A DNA stretch of 64,000 bases, taken from the NCBI GenBank assembly GCA_018902755.1, contig JAHIQI010000066.1, positions 17,417 through 81,416 on the forward strand, written 5' to 3'. This DNA comes from Pseudomonadota bacterium (lineage in GTDB: Bacteria > Desulfobacterota > Desulfarculia > Desulfarculales > Desulfarculaceae). The position numbers and the translations under genes were made by a program. The first letter of the stretch is position 1. Each line of letters opens with the position of its first letter. Shown here one piece after another: positions 1-11,785 of the stretch. Below the pieces are notes generated by a model, which did not search any database, was not told the origin of the DNA, and saw nothing but the letters and a program-made list of their open reading frames with translations.

Positions 1-1126
1 TGGCCACCGCTTGGGCTCCCTTGGCCGTGGCCTCGCGCACCGCGGCCAGGGTGTCCGCCGTCTCGCCGGACTGGCTTATGGCCACCACCAGGTCGCCAGG
101 CCCCACCAGGGGGTCGCGGTAGCGGAACTCGCTGCCCAGGTCCACCTCGGTGGGCACCTTGGCCAGCCCCTCCAGCCAGAACTTGCCCACCAAGGCGGAG
201 TGCCAGCTGGTGCCGCAGGCCAAGAGCACCAGGCGGCGCACCTTTTTGAGAGCCACGGAGTCCAGGCCCAAGTCGGGCAAAAACACCTCGGCATCCCCGG
301 CTTTGGCCCGCCCGGCCAGGGTGTCCACCAGGGCCCGGGGCTGCTCGAAGATCTCCTTTTGCATGAAATGCTTGTACCCGGCCTTTTCAGCCATGGCCGG
401 GGACCAGGAGATGGTGGTCTCCGGGCGCTGTTGGGCCCCGCCCTCCAGGTCGCTGATCTGGTAGGCCTCGCCCTTGATCACCACCAGGTCGCCGTCGTTT
501 AGAAACACCACCCGGTTGGTGTGGGCCAGGAAGGCGGGCACGTCCGAGGCCAGGAAAAACTCGCCCTGTTTGCCCAGGCCCAGCACCAGGGGGGAGTCCT
601 TGCGCGCCCCGATGATCAGGTCCGGCCGGCGGCGGTCCAAGATGACCAGGGCGTAGGAGCCCCGGATGCGCCGGAGGGAGCGGCGCACCGCCTGCTCCAG
701 GTCCACGGCCCCGTTCTTCAGCTGGTTGGCCACCAGATGGGCCACGATCTCGGTGTCGGTTTCGGAGCTGAACTCATGCCCCGCCTGGATCAGCTCGTTC
801 TTCAGCTCCAGGTAGTTCTCGATGATGCCGTTGTGCACCACCGCCACGTCCCCGGCCAGGTGGGGGTGGGCGTTGGTCTCGCTGGGGCGGCCGTGGGTGG
901 CCCAGCGGGTGTGGCCCATGCCCAGATGGCCGCTCACCGGGTCGGTGGCCAGCTTGGCCACCAGGCGGCTGAGCTTGCCCTGGGCCCGGCGCACCGCGAA
1001 ATCCCCCTGGTCGGTGACCACGGCCAGCCCGGCGCTGTCATAGCCCCGGTACTCCAGGCGGGCCAGGCCGTCCATGATGACCTGCACCGCGTCCCGTGGC
1101 CCCAAGTAGCCGATGATACCGCACAT
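1..1126 (-). CDS. glmS: glutamine--fructose-6-phosphate aminotransferase, N-terminal ~375 codons (3' end lies beyond window start)
   Basis: Minus-strand frame is open from the window edge to the ATG at 1126. Translation starts MCGIIGYLGPRDAVQVIMDGLARLEYRGYDSAG (Ntn amidotransferase Cys2) and runs into a SIS domain (LLACGTSWHSALVGKFW, ISQSGETADTL). Absent from the ORF track because there is no in-window stop. Confidence 0.9.
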   Translation of the reverse strand, partial: MCGIIGYLGPRDAVQVIMDGLARLEYRGYDSAGLAVVTDQGDFAVRRAQGKLSRLVAKLATDPVSGHLGMGHTRWATHGRPSETNAHPHLAGDVAVVHNGIIENYLELKNELIQAGHEFSSETDTEIVAHLVANQLKNGAVDLEQAVRRSLRRIRGSYALVILDRRRPDLIIGARKDSPLVLGLGKQGEFFLASDVPAFLAHTNRVVFLNDGDLVVIKGEAYQISDLEGGAQQRPETTISWSPAMAEKAGYKHFMQKEIFEQPRALVDTLAGRAKAGDAEVFLPDLGLDSVALKKVRRLVLLACGTSWHSALVGKFWLEGLAKVPTEVDLGSEFRYRDPLVGPGDLVVAISQSGETADTLAAVREATAKGAQAVA

Positions 1127-1147
1127 AGACTTATAGTCCTCTAGCCG

Positions 1148-1912
1148 TTAGTCTTCTTTGCCACCGGTGGCCGCCCACCGATCTTCCATCATGGCCAACT
1201 CCTCCCGGGAGTTGATGCCTTGCAGCTCCTTGGGGTCCGGGGCCACGGCGTAGCCCACCTGGTATCCCCGTTGGGCAAAGAAGGCGGCCAAATCGGTGAG
1301 GTAATACTCGTTCTGGTCGTTGTCGGTGCTCAGCAGGGGCAGGCACTCCCACAGGGGCGCGCCGCGGAACACGAAGATGCCCGAGCTGACCAGGGTGATC
1401 TTCTTTTCTTCCTCGCTGGCGTCGCGCTCTTCCACGATGCGGGTCAGGCGGCCCGCCGGGTCCAGGATGAGCCGCCCGTAGGCCGGGGGCGGGTCCACAT
1501 CGATGGCCAGCACGCTCTGGTCGTTGCCCTGGGCCAGTTGCCGGTCCACCAGACCCTTGGCCGTGGAGCGGCGCAGGCCGGGCACGTCGCCATAGAGGAT
1601 AAGCACCTGGCCCGCGAAACCCACCAGCTCCGGCGCGGCGGCCATGACCGCGTGGCCGGTGCCCCGTTGGGGCTGCTGCAGGGCGAAGGCCAGGCCGGTG
1701 CGACCCGCCAGATGCTCCTGGACCATCTCGGCCTTGTGGCCCACCACCACCACGGTCTTGACCGCGCCCATTTCCTGGGCCAGGTCCACCACCCAGTCGA
1801 TCATGGGGCGGCCCGCCAGGGGGTGCAAAACCTTGGGCAGGTCCGACTTCATCCTGGTGCCTTTGCCCGCGGCCAGCACCACCACTGCCAACTGATTCTT
1901 CGTATCGCTCAT
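1148..1912 (-). CDS. glmU: GlmU-like sugar-1-phosphate uridylyltransferase, 254 aa (nucleotidyltransferase domain only)
   Basis: ORF track. N-terminal VVLAAGKGTRMKSDLPKVLHP motif. Lies 21 nt upstream of glmS on the same strand. No left-handed beta-helix acetyltransferase half. Confidence 0.7.
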   Translation of the reverse strand: MSDTKNQLAVVVLAAGKGTRMKSDLPKVLHPLAGRPMIDWVVDLAQEMGAVKTVVVVGHKAEMVQEHLAGRTGLAFALQQPQRGTGHAVMAAAPELVGFAGQVLILYGDVPGLRRSTAKGLVDRQLAQGNDQSVLAIDVDPPPAYGRLILDPAGRLTRIVEERDASEEEKKITLVSSGIFVFRGAPLWECLPLLSTDNDQNEYYLTDLAAFFAQRGYQVGYAVAPDPKELQGINSREELAMMEDRWAATGGKED

Positions 1913-2008
1913 AGGTGCCTATGGTATTGGTTTAGCGCCCTAAAGGCAATATCGCCTTGGGGCTGGGCCTTAATAATACAACTATTTCCCAGCGACAACC
2001 CTTGCCGC

Positions 2009-2386
2009 CTAGCCGTCCGCCTCCCCGTGGCGCTCGGGGTGCCCCTGGGTGTCCAGATAGCGCTGCCCCCAATGGGCCATGGCCGCCAGCACCGGCTCCA
2101 GGCTGCGCCCGGTGGCGGTGAGGGAATACTCCACCCGGGGCGGCACCTCGGCGTAGACCCGGCGCAGCACCAGGCCGTCGGCCTCCATCTGGCGAAGCTG
2201 CTGGGTGAGCATTTTTTGGCTGATGCCGCTCACCCCCCGGTGCAGCTCCCCGAAGCGCATGAGGCCATGGGAAAGCTCCCGCAGGATGAGAACCTTCCAC
2301 TTGCTGCCGATAAGGGCCAGGGTTTTTTCCACCGGGCAACCCTGGCCGCATTTTTTATTATCGTATATCACCTGGATATTGCGCAA
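2009..2386 (-). CDS. HxlR-family winged-helix transcriptional regulator
   Basis: CPVEKTLALIGSKWKVLILREL...RFGEL...GISQKMLTQQLRQMEADGLV..RVY.EVPPRVEYSLT is the typical HxlR/MarR-like signature. Divergent from the PNPOx-like gene. Confidence 0.85.
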   Translation of the reverse strand: MRNIQVIYDNKKCGQGCPVEKTLALIGSKWKVLILRELSHGLMRFGELHRGVSGISQKMLTQQLRQMEADGLVLRRVYAEVPPRVEYSLTATGRSLEPVLAAMAHWGQRYLDTQGHPERHGEADG

Positions 2387-2500
2387 TTCTTACCCAAAGG
2401 TTGTTATGTTATTTTATGGTGCCTACTTGCCAAATCACAGCTTTACCCAACAATATACCCCAAAACAGCCTCCAACACCATTGACCATGGGAGAAGCGTG

Positions 2501-2947
2501 ATGAGCCAAAACGAGATCAAGCAGCAGATCGCCCAGTACCTGGGCAGCCATCCTTTCATCAACCTGGCCACCGTGACCGCCGAGGGCGCGCCCCTGGCCC
2601 ACACCGTGGCCTTTGTGGCCGATGGGGCCACGTTGTTTTTCACCACCCGCAAGGACACCCGCAAGGCGGCCAACATGCAAGCCAACCCCAAGGTGGCCTA
2701 CACGGTGGACCAGGACCAGTACGCCGGGTTCGCGGAGATCACCGGGGTGCAGATGGAGGGCACGGCCACGGTCATCTCCGACCCCCAGGAAATAGCCGCC
2801 GCCAACCAGCTCTACAGGGCCAAGTTCGGCGAGGCCGCCACTATCACCCCCAGCGACATGCACATCGTGGTCAAGATCGCGCCGGTGAGGGCCTACTTCC
2901 TCAACTACGCCAAAGGGTTCGACCACAAGGACCTGGTGGAGTACTAA
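2501..2947 (+). CDS. pyridoxamine 5'-phosphate oxidase family (FMN-binding split-barrel) protein
   Basis: Real start taken as the ATG at 2501 inside the over-long track ORF 1220..2947. Sequence MSQNEIKQQIAQYLGSHPFINLATVTAEGAPLAHTVAFV...FFTTRKDTRKAANMQANPKVAY fits the PNPOx-like fold. Confidence 0.75.
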   Translation: MSQNEIKQQIAQYLGSHPFINLATVTAEGAPLAHTVAFVADGATLFFTTRKDTRKAANMQANPKVAYTVDQDQYAGFAEITGVQMEGTATVISDPQEIAAANQLYRAKFGEAATITPSDMHIVVKIAPVRAYFLNYAKGFDHKDLVEY

Positions 2948-2970
2948 TTAGAAGGGGGTAGGGAAAAGCG

Positions 2971-3004
2971 GACGGGCGCCCCGATGGCGGGACGCCCGTT
3001 TTGC
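2971..3004 (+). terminator. putative intrinsic terminator after PNPOx-like gene
   Basis: Stem ACGGGCG/CGCCCGT followed by a TTTT run, 25 nt after the stop codon. Confidence 0.5.
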
Positions 3005-3050
3005 TTGGCAAAGGTGTTTTGTGTTTTTAGGTGTCCCGCGTCTCGGCCCC

Positions 3051-3725
3051 CTAGAACCCGAACCAATAGGTGATGCCCAGCAGCACCTGGAGGTTGTCCA
3101 TCTCAAAGGTGTCCTTGGAAATGGTGCCCAGGCTGCTGGTGGACATGTCGCTGTCCACCGAGAGCCACCAGTAGCGAGCCCCCAGGCTCAGTGTCCAGTT
3201 CTGGGAAAGCTGGTAGCCCACGCCGGTGCCCAGGAAAAAGGTGGCCGTGTCCGAAGTGGACAGATCCACCGATTCGCCCAAACCCTTTTGCATGTTGTTG
3301 ATGCCGGTTTCCTTGTCCGAGCTGGTGAGGGCATAGCCCACGCCGCCCTCGCCGAACCAGCTGAACTGCTTGGCGAAGTTCAGGCGGTAACGCCCCACCA
3401 GATAGACCGGCAGCGCGTTGATGGTGGCCCAGTCCGCCTCGGGGCCGCCGCTGCGGGAGGCCTTGGTCAAGAAGCTCATGTACTGGGCGCCGATGCCCAC
3501 CTCGATGCCGTTGGCAAAGGCGTAAAAGGCCTCGCCGCCCAGGGTCCAGGTGGAGTCCATGGAGCTGGAGCTAGGCGCGCTATAGCCGTCCCGCCCGTCG
3601 ATGGGGTTGCTCTCGATGCCCGTGGCCCAGCCGCCGAACAGGGACACCGCCGCCTTGCCTTGGGCCAGGGCGGGCGAGGCGGACAGCAGCACGGCCATCA
3701 GCAGCAAGCACAATTTTTTCAGCAC
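3051..3725 (-). CDS. outer-membrane beta-barrel protein (OmpW/porin-like), 224 aa
   Basis: Signal peptide MLKKLCLLLMAVLLSASPALAQG, alternating amphipathic strands, Gly/aromatic rich, C-terminal ...ITYWFGF with terminal Phe. Confidence 0.75.
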   Translation of the reverse strand: MLKKLCLLLMAVLLSASPALAQGKAAVSLFGGWATGIESNPIDGRDGYSAPSSSSMDSTWTLGGEAFYAFANGIEVGIGAQYMSFLTKASRSGGPEADWATINALPVYLVGRYRLNFAKQFSWFGEGGVGYALTSSDKETGINNMQKGLGESVDLSTSDTATFFLGTGVGYQLSQNWTLSLGARYWWLSVDSDMSTSSLGTISKDTFEMDNLQVLLGITYWFGF

Positions 3726-3889
3726 GGTTCACCTCCCGAGTAATGATGGCTGTTCCCGTTGGCAGGCGGTCGACCGACGGATGGGGCAGGACGGCGGTAG
3801 CGGCCATGACGGGTCCATCAAAGTTAAAAGGGCGTCAACGCGGCAGTCGCAGCGTTTGGTTAAGTTGCGGACCCTTTTTCCTTGCGAGC

Positions 3890-3918
3890 ATCATAGAACA
3901 TTTCATTTGGCCGTACAA
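3890..3918 (-). promoter_or_regulatory. putative sigma70-type promoter for the OMP gene
   Basis: Minus strand reads TTGTAC-17 nt-TATGAT, about 165 nt upstream of the start at 3725. Confidence 0.35.
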
Positions 3919-3970
3919 ATAAACATCCCCGGATAGTGGAGAATTCCCGCCCCGCCCACGGCGCGCACAC

Positions 3971-4000
3971 AAAAAACGGCCACCCCTAATGGGGTGGCCG
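3971..4000 (-). terminator. intrinsic terminator of the atp operon
   Basis: Perfect 10-bp stem CGGCCACCCC/GGGGTGGCCG, loop of 4 nt, then TTTTTT on the minus strand, 30 nt after the atpC stop. Confidence 0.85.
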
Positions 4001-4029
4001 TCACGGTTGGTATGGATGTGGGTCTGGGT

Positions 4030-4452
4030 CTAGGCGGCCATGCCGCCGCTGCGTCCAGCCACCTTCAGGCGCATCATGGCCCGTTGCATGGCTGCTTCGG
4101 CCCGCGCGTAATCGAGCTCCTCGGCCCGGGCTTTTTCCACCCGCTGCTGAGCCCGCTCACGGGCGCGCTGGGCCCGGTCGATGTCGATTTCCCGGGCCAG
4201 CTCGGCCGCCTCGGCCAGGATGGTCACCTTTTCTCCGGTCACCTCGGCGAAACCGCCGGCGATGGCCGCGTAGTCGGTGTCGTTGCCGTCCTTGAAGCGC
4301 ATCTCCCCGATGGCCAGGGAGGCCAGGAAAGGCACGTGTCCGTGCAGCACGCCGAACTCGCCGTCCACGCCGGTAGCCACCACCACGTCAACTTCCTTGG
4401 ACAACAGCAGCTTGTCCGGGGTGACCACTTCCAGCAGTATCTTGTTGGCCAT
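4030..4452 (-). CDS. atpC: F0F1 ATP synthase subunit epsilon
   Basis: ORF track. LLEVVTPDKLLLSKEVDVVVATGVDGEFGVLHGHVPFL. Last gene of the atp operon. Confidence 0.95.
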   Translation of the reverse strand: MANKILLEVVTPDKLLLSKEVDVVVATGVDGEFGVLHGHVPFLASLAIGEMRFKDGNDTDYAAIAGGFAEVTGEKVTILAEAAELAREIDIDRAQRARERAQQRVEKARAEELDYARAEAAMQRAMMRLKVAGRSGGMAA

Positions 4453-4471
4453 GGGTACTAAATCCCCTCGC

Positions 4472-5920
<1,449 letters not shown>

Positions 5921-5941
5921 TTAGTTAATTACTTATAAACC

Positions 5942-6817
5942 CTAACCGGCTTTGAGGGCCTCGGCCCCGCCGACGATATCCATGAGCTCGGTGGTGATCG
6001 CCGCCTGCCGGGCCTTGTTGAAGGCCAGGGTCAGGTTTTGGATCAAGTCCTTGCAGTTCTTGGTGGCGTTGTCCATGGCCGCCATGCGGGCCGCGTTTTC
6101 GCTGGTGGAGGTCTCCAAGAGCCCGCTGTAGACCCGCACATTCAGGTAGCGGGGCAGCAGGTCCACCAGGATCTCCTCGGCCGAAGGCTCGGTGAGGTAC
6201 TCCTGGGAGGACTCGTCCTCGTCGCCGGTAGCCTCGGGGCTGATGGGCAGGAGTTTTTCCACCGTGGGAATCTGGGAGACTATGGACCGGAAGCGCGAGT
6301 AGAGCAGATAGACCTCTTGAACCTCGCCGGAGAGGAAGGCGTTAAGCCCCAACCGGGCCACCTGGGTGGCCAAGTCGAAGTCAACCACGTTCATGACCCC
6401 GGGGAGCTTCTGAGCAAACTCCACCTTGCGCCGCGCAAAGAACTCCATGCCCTTGCGGCCCACCGCGTAGAACGCCACCTCGCGGCCTTCGCTCTTTTGC
6501 TGGGTCATAAATTTCTGGGCCTGGAGGATCAAGTTCATATTGAACGAGCCGCAGAGCCCGCGGTCGGCGGTGATGAGAATCAGGGCCACTCGGCTCACCT
6601 GCTCCGGCTGGGCCAGCAGGGGATGGGCCTCTTGGTCGATGCCCTCGCTCAGAGACCCCAGCACCTCGGAGAACTTGGCGGCGTAGGGCCGGAAGCGCTC
6701 GGTGCGTTCCTGCACCTGGCGCAACCTGGCCGCGGCCACCATGTTCATGGCTCGGGTGATCTGGCGAGTCTTTTTGACCGCCGCGATTTTATTTTGAATG
6801 TCGCGAAGTGCCGCCAT
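5942..6817 (-). CDS. atpG: F0F1 ATP synthase subunit gamma
   Basis: N-terminus MAALRDIQNKIAAVKKTRQITRAMNMVAAARL and C-terminus NKARQAAITTELMDIVGGAEAL are typical of gamma. Confidence 0.95.
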   Translation of the reverse strand: MAALRDIQNKIAAVKKTRQITRAMNMVAAARLRQVQERTERFRPYAAKFSEVLGSLSEGIDQEAHPLLAQPEQVSRVALILITADRGLCGSFNMNLILQAQKFMTQQKSEGREVAFYAVGRKGMEFFARRKVEFAQKLPGVMNVVDFDLATQVARLGLNAFLSGEVQEVYLLYSRFRSIVSQIPTVEKLLPISPEATGDEDESSQEYLTEPSAEEILVDLLPRYLNVRVYSGLLETSTSENAARMAAMDNATKNCKDLIQNLTLAFNKARQAAITTELMDIVGGAEALKAG

Positions 6818-6829
6818 GGCTGCCCTTCT

Positions 6830-8343
<1,514 letters not shown>

Positions 8344-8344
<1 letters not shown>

Positions 8345-8895
8345 TAGGCGTAATCACCCCTTCTCAAAGAATCCTTCAAAGTTTCCAGCTGCGTCTTGAC
8401 GGTGCCGTCCAGAACCAGGTCTCCAATCTGGGCCCTTACACCGCCGATCAGGCTGGAATCCTCCTTGACTTCCACCACAACATCACTTCCGGCCAGCTTG
8501 GTGAGAACCTCCTTGATGCGGCTCACCTCCGCGTCGCTCAGCGCCGCCGCGGTTACAACTTCGGCCCGGGTGATGCCCTTCTCCTCGTCAAGCAAGCGGG
8601 CGTAAACCCGGCTGATGTCGCAGGTGGCCGCGATGCGGTCCCGGTCCATGAGTAGACGGAAGAAGTTATTTGCGATGGGGCTGAGCCCCAGCTTTTCCAG
8701 GAAAGTGTTCAGGAGTTTGCTGCGGTCCTCGAAGTCGATGGCCGGACTGGCCAACACCTGCTCCAGCTCGGGAGAGGCGGCGAACAGGTCGGAGACCTCG
8801 GCCAACTCCTTTCCGTATTGATCCAGGTTCCCGTCTTCCTTGCCTATCTCAAGCAAGGCCCTGGCATAGCGTTTGGCTACGATGAGGCTGGTCAC
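8344..8895 (-). CDS. atpH: F0F1 ATP synthase subunit delta (OSCP)
   Basis: [15 protein letters not shown]... OSCP-like sequence; 1-nt overlap with the atpA start; operon position. Confidence 0.9.
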
Positions 8896-9479
8896 TGTAC
8901 CTCCTGCGAAACCTTGGCCAAGTACTCATCCACCAGGCGAGTCTGGTCTTCGGAGTTGATTTTTTCCTTGAGCAGGTCCTCGGCCAGGGCGGCGCTCATC
9001 TCGGCCACATCGCGGCGCAGCTCGGCCTTGGCCTGGGCGGTTTCCTGCTCAATGGTGAAACTGGCCTGTTCCTTGATGCGCTGGGCGGTGGACTCGGCGC
9101 CAGCGATGATGGCCGCCTTTTCCTTTTCGCCCATGACCCGGAACTCGGCCAAGATTTTATCGTGCTCCCCGGCGGCGTCGGCCAGGCGCTGCTCCATGAG
9201 CGCGTAGTCCCGGCGGGCCTGTTCGCGCTTGGCTTCCAGCTCCTCCAGCTCGGACTTGATCTGGTCGACCCGGGAGGAGAGGCCGCTCTTGAGGGGCTTT
9301 CTGAGCACCACCACCAACACGGCCACCAGGACCACGAAGTTCATGATGCGGTAGATGAAGTCCCACATCTGGTGGTCGCTGATTCCGCCGCCGCCGCTGG
9401 AGGCCAGGGCCGTACCGGCGCTCAGGGCGACAATGCCCAGGGCGGGCAGGAGGGGCAGCAACTTTCGAGCTGGTCTCAT
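8892..9479 (-). CDS. atpF: F0F1 ATP synthase subunit b
   Basis: One TM segment followed by a long charged coiled coil. Overlaps atpH by 4 nt. Unusually long N-terminal signal-like extension. Confidence 0.85.
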   Translation of the reverse strand: MRPARKLLPLLPALGIVALSAGTALASSGGGGISDHQMWDFIYRIMNFVVLVAVLVVVLRKPLKSGLSSRVDQIKSELEELEAKREQARRDYALMEQRLADAAGEHDKILAEFRVMGEKEKAAIIAGAESTAQRIKEQASFTIEQETAQAKAELRRDVAEMSAALAEDLLKEKINSEDQTRLVDEYLAKVSQEVQ

Positions 9480-9931
9480 TGCAGGCTCCTCCCCAAAATT
9501 TTCTGGGCCAGCTCCCGTCCGAAGGACTGAACCTGACCCTTTAGTTCTTCGCGCGCCTGGCCGATCTCGCCCACGATCTCCTCGCGAACCTTGGCCACGG
9601 TTTTCTCCATCTCCGCGGTGGCCGCGTCGATGATCTCGCGCTCGGTGCCGTGGGCCTGGGTTTTCATCTCCTCGCGGACCTCGGCTCCGTCCCGCCTGGC
9701 CTGGACCAGGTTGGCCTCCAACTCGGCGGCCTTGGCCTTGGCGCCTTCTTCCGAAGAGGTGATGTCGCCGGAAAGCTGGGCCACCTTTTCCGCCCGCTGC
9801 TTGATTATGCCCCGGATGGGCTTGTACAGCAGGAAGTTCAGGGCCACCAGCAGCAACAAAAAGTTGCCGATCTGCCAGAATAAAGAGGCGTCTATGTCAA
9901 TACTGACCATAAGACCTTTGTGCTCCCGCAA
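9476..9931 (-). CDS. F0F1 ATP synthase subunit b' (second b-type stalk subunit)
   Basis: TM segment (FWQIGNFLLLLVALNFLLYKPI) plus coiled coil. 4-nt overlap with atpF. The start may be an internal Met. Confidence 0.8.
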   Translation of the reverse strand: MREHKGLMVSIDIDASLFWQIGNFLLLLVALNFLLYKPIRGIIKQRAEKVAQLSGDITSSEEGAKAKAAELEANLVQARRDGAEVREEMKTQAHGTEREIIDAATAEMEKTVAKVREEIVGEIGQAREELKGQVQSFGRELAQKILGRSLQ

Positions 9932-10078
9932 CTAGGGGGAAAGGCGGCGGCACCTTTCCAGAATTGTGTTTCCAGCCCTGCTTGCGAAAAAAATTACTTG
10001 AAAATAGCCCGGTTATGGATACGAGCCCCACCCGGCACCTAGCCGGGGAAGTCTGTTACCAAAAACACAAGCTGCGAC

Positions 10079-10107
10079 CTTGTACAATATTTAACAGGAA
10101 GTGTCAA
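10079..10107 (-). promoter_or_regulatory. putative sigma70-type promoter of atp operon
   Basis: Minus strand reads TTGACA-17 nt-TACAAG in an AT-rich patch about 150 nt upstream of the atpF' start. Confidence 0.4.
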
Positions 10108-10153
10108 AACTTTTTTTGCCTTACCGGGCCCTTATGCCGCTTGTCCAGGCGCC

Positions 10154-10543
10154 CTACCGGGGGGCGGAAAGCAGCTTGAGGCGGCTGGCCTCCTCCTGTT
10201 TTTCATCCAGGGCCATGTGGCAGCGCCCCTCGAAGCGAACCCCCTCTTCCATAACCACCAGGGGAGCGCTGAGATCGCCGGTCAAACGGCCCGGTTTTTT
10301 AAGCTCGATGCGCTCGCCGGCCTTGACGTTGCCGGTGACTCGGCCGCTTATGATCACCTGAGTGGCCTCTATCTCGGCCTCGACCACGGCGCTGGGCCCT
10401 ATCAGCAAGGTTCCTTGGCCGCTTATGCGCCCCTGGAACTCGCCTTCCAGGTGGGCCTGGCCGCTGAAGTTGAGCTCGCCCTGTTGGCGCACACCCCTGC
10501 CCAGAAAAAAGCTCACCCCGGATTCATGATTGCGTTTTCCCAC
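10154..10543 (-). CDS. bactofilin (polymer-forming cytoskeletal protein), ~129 aa
   Basis: Beta-helical bactofilin-type repeats (FSGQAHLEGEFQGRISGQGTLLIGPSAVVEAEIEATQVIISGRVTGNVKAGERIELKKPGRLTGDL). I start it at GTG 10543, preceded by GGGAGA. The 214-aa track ORF extends into the TPR gene and is over-long. Confidence 0.8.
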   Translation of the reverse strand: MGKRNHESGVSFFLGRGVRQQGELNFSGQAHLEGEFQGRISGQGTLLIGPSAVVEAEIEATQVIISGRVTGNVKAGERIELKKPGRLTGDLSAPLVVMEEGVRFEGRCHMALDEKQEEASRLKLLSAPR

Positions 10544-10697
10544 TGGCCGTCTCCCTAACCTCAAAACCGGCCCATGACCGGCCTCGCGGAGTTTTGTTTG
10601 CTCAAAGCTGAGTGTCGGCGCCGGCCCCGAAAACCGGCTGTCGCGGGGAAACAATATCTCCCTAGCACGCGGGGCAGGCGGGGGGCAAGTCAAAAGG

Positions 10698-11495
10698 TTA
10701 TTTGCGCAGGGCCGCCCCCGGCGGAATGGGGGCGGTGTAGGGTTTTTTCTGTTTATAGAGCTGTAAACGGCGCAGCAGGGGCTCGGGGGCGGGCTCATCG
10801 CCCTGGGAGCCCCGGGCCAGGTCGGCCGCCTGTTCCTGCACCGCCGCCGCCTGGATATAGTCCCCGGTCCGGGCCATGGCCGCGGCCAGGGTGTCCAGGG
10901 TGCCCTGGTTGCGGTCTATGAACACCGCCTGGCGGGCCATGTCCATGGCCGCGCCGCCGTTCAAGAACTTGGCGTCCGGGCAGGTGGCAAGGAGCCAGGC
11001 CTTGGCCTGGTAGGCGGGGCCGTAGCCGGGCTCCACCTCGATGGAGCGGTTGAAGTCGTCCAGGGCCTTTTGATACTGCCCCAGGCGCTGCCAGGTGAGG
11101 CCCCGGTTGGTGAACAGCATGCCCCAGGTGCTGTTGACGTCGATGGCCATGGCGTAGTCCGCCATGGCCAGGTCGTAGTCCTTTTGGGCGCGCTTCTTGT
11201 CCCCCTGGGCCAGCAGGATGTCCCCCTCGTCGGCCCAGGCGGCGGCCCGGTTGTTGTAGGCCACGGACAGGCCGTAGGAATCCAGTTGCCCGGAGTCGAT
11301 GGCCAGGGTGTAGAGCCGAAGCGCATCGGCCAGCTCGCCCAGGCGGTGGGAGTCCAGACCACGGTTCACATCGGTCTCGGCCCAATGATAGGCCCCAGCC
11401 GCCCCGGCAAAGAGCACCAGGCACAGGCACAGGGCCAGGGCCGGCCACAGCCGCCCGCCCTTGAGCGCCTTATTTCGCTTGTCCGTGATGCTCAT
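10698..11495 (-). CDS. TPR-repeat protein with N-terminal membrane anchor/signal
   Basis: Hydrophobic N-terminus (LWPALALCLCLVLFAGAAGA), then several TPR-like units (YNNRAAAWADEGD..., FTNRGLTWQRLGQYQKALDDFNRSIEVEPGYGPAY). Confidence 0.8.
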   Translation of the reverse strand: MSITDKRNKALKGGRLWPALALCLCLVLFAGAAGAYHWAETDVNRGLDSHRLGELADALRLYTLAIDSGQLDSYGLSVAYNNRAAAWADEGDILLAQGDKKRAQKDYDLAMADYAMAIDVNSTWGMLFTNRGLTWQRLGQYQKALDDFNRSIEVEPGYGPAYQAKAWLLATCPDAKFLNGGAAMDMARQAVFIDRNQGTLDTLAAAMARTGDYIQAAAVQEQAADLARGSQGDEPAPEPLLRRLQLYKQKKPYTAPIPPGAALRK

Positions 11496-11588
11496 AGTTT
11501 AGGAATCTAGCACGGCGCATCGCGCGGGTAAAGGTGGACCGCTCGAGCCGGCGGGGCAGGGCGGGCGGTTTGGCCCTGTCCGGAAGGT

Positions 11589-11628
11589 TTGTTGGGTTTC
11601 GCTTCGCTCTACCCAACCTACGCTATTG
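11589..11628 (+). repeat. family-A intergenic hairpin repeat, copy A1
   Basis: TTGTTGGGTTTCGCTTCGCTCTACCCAACCTACGCTATTG; stem GTTGGGT/ACCCAAC. One of 10 copies in the window. Confidence 0.9.
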
Positions 11629-11651
11629 GTCGGAATGTCACGGAAGCCGTT

Positions 11652-11780
11652 CCCTGCGGGTTCGATCAGGTGGCGCTAGGCGAGGCGTCGGGCAAGCGAG
11701 ACCCGCAGGCGTATATGCCAATACGCCGAGGAGGCGAGCGCCGCCCGCAACGAAACATAGCGCCCCCTGGCGAAGCCGCC
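11652..11780 (+). repeat. family-B structured repeat module, copy B1 (adjacent to A1)
   Basis: Shares ...CAGG-GGCGAGGCG-GCAAGCGAG-CGCAGG-[hairpin GGCGTAT/ATACGCC]-CCGAGGAG-GAGCG-GCAACG-GGCGAAGCC with copies B2-B7. Confidence 0.75.
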
Positions 11781-11785
11781 CCCGC

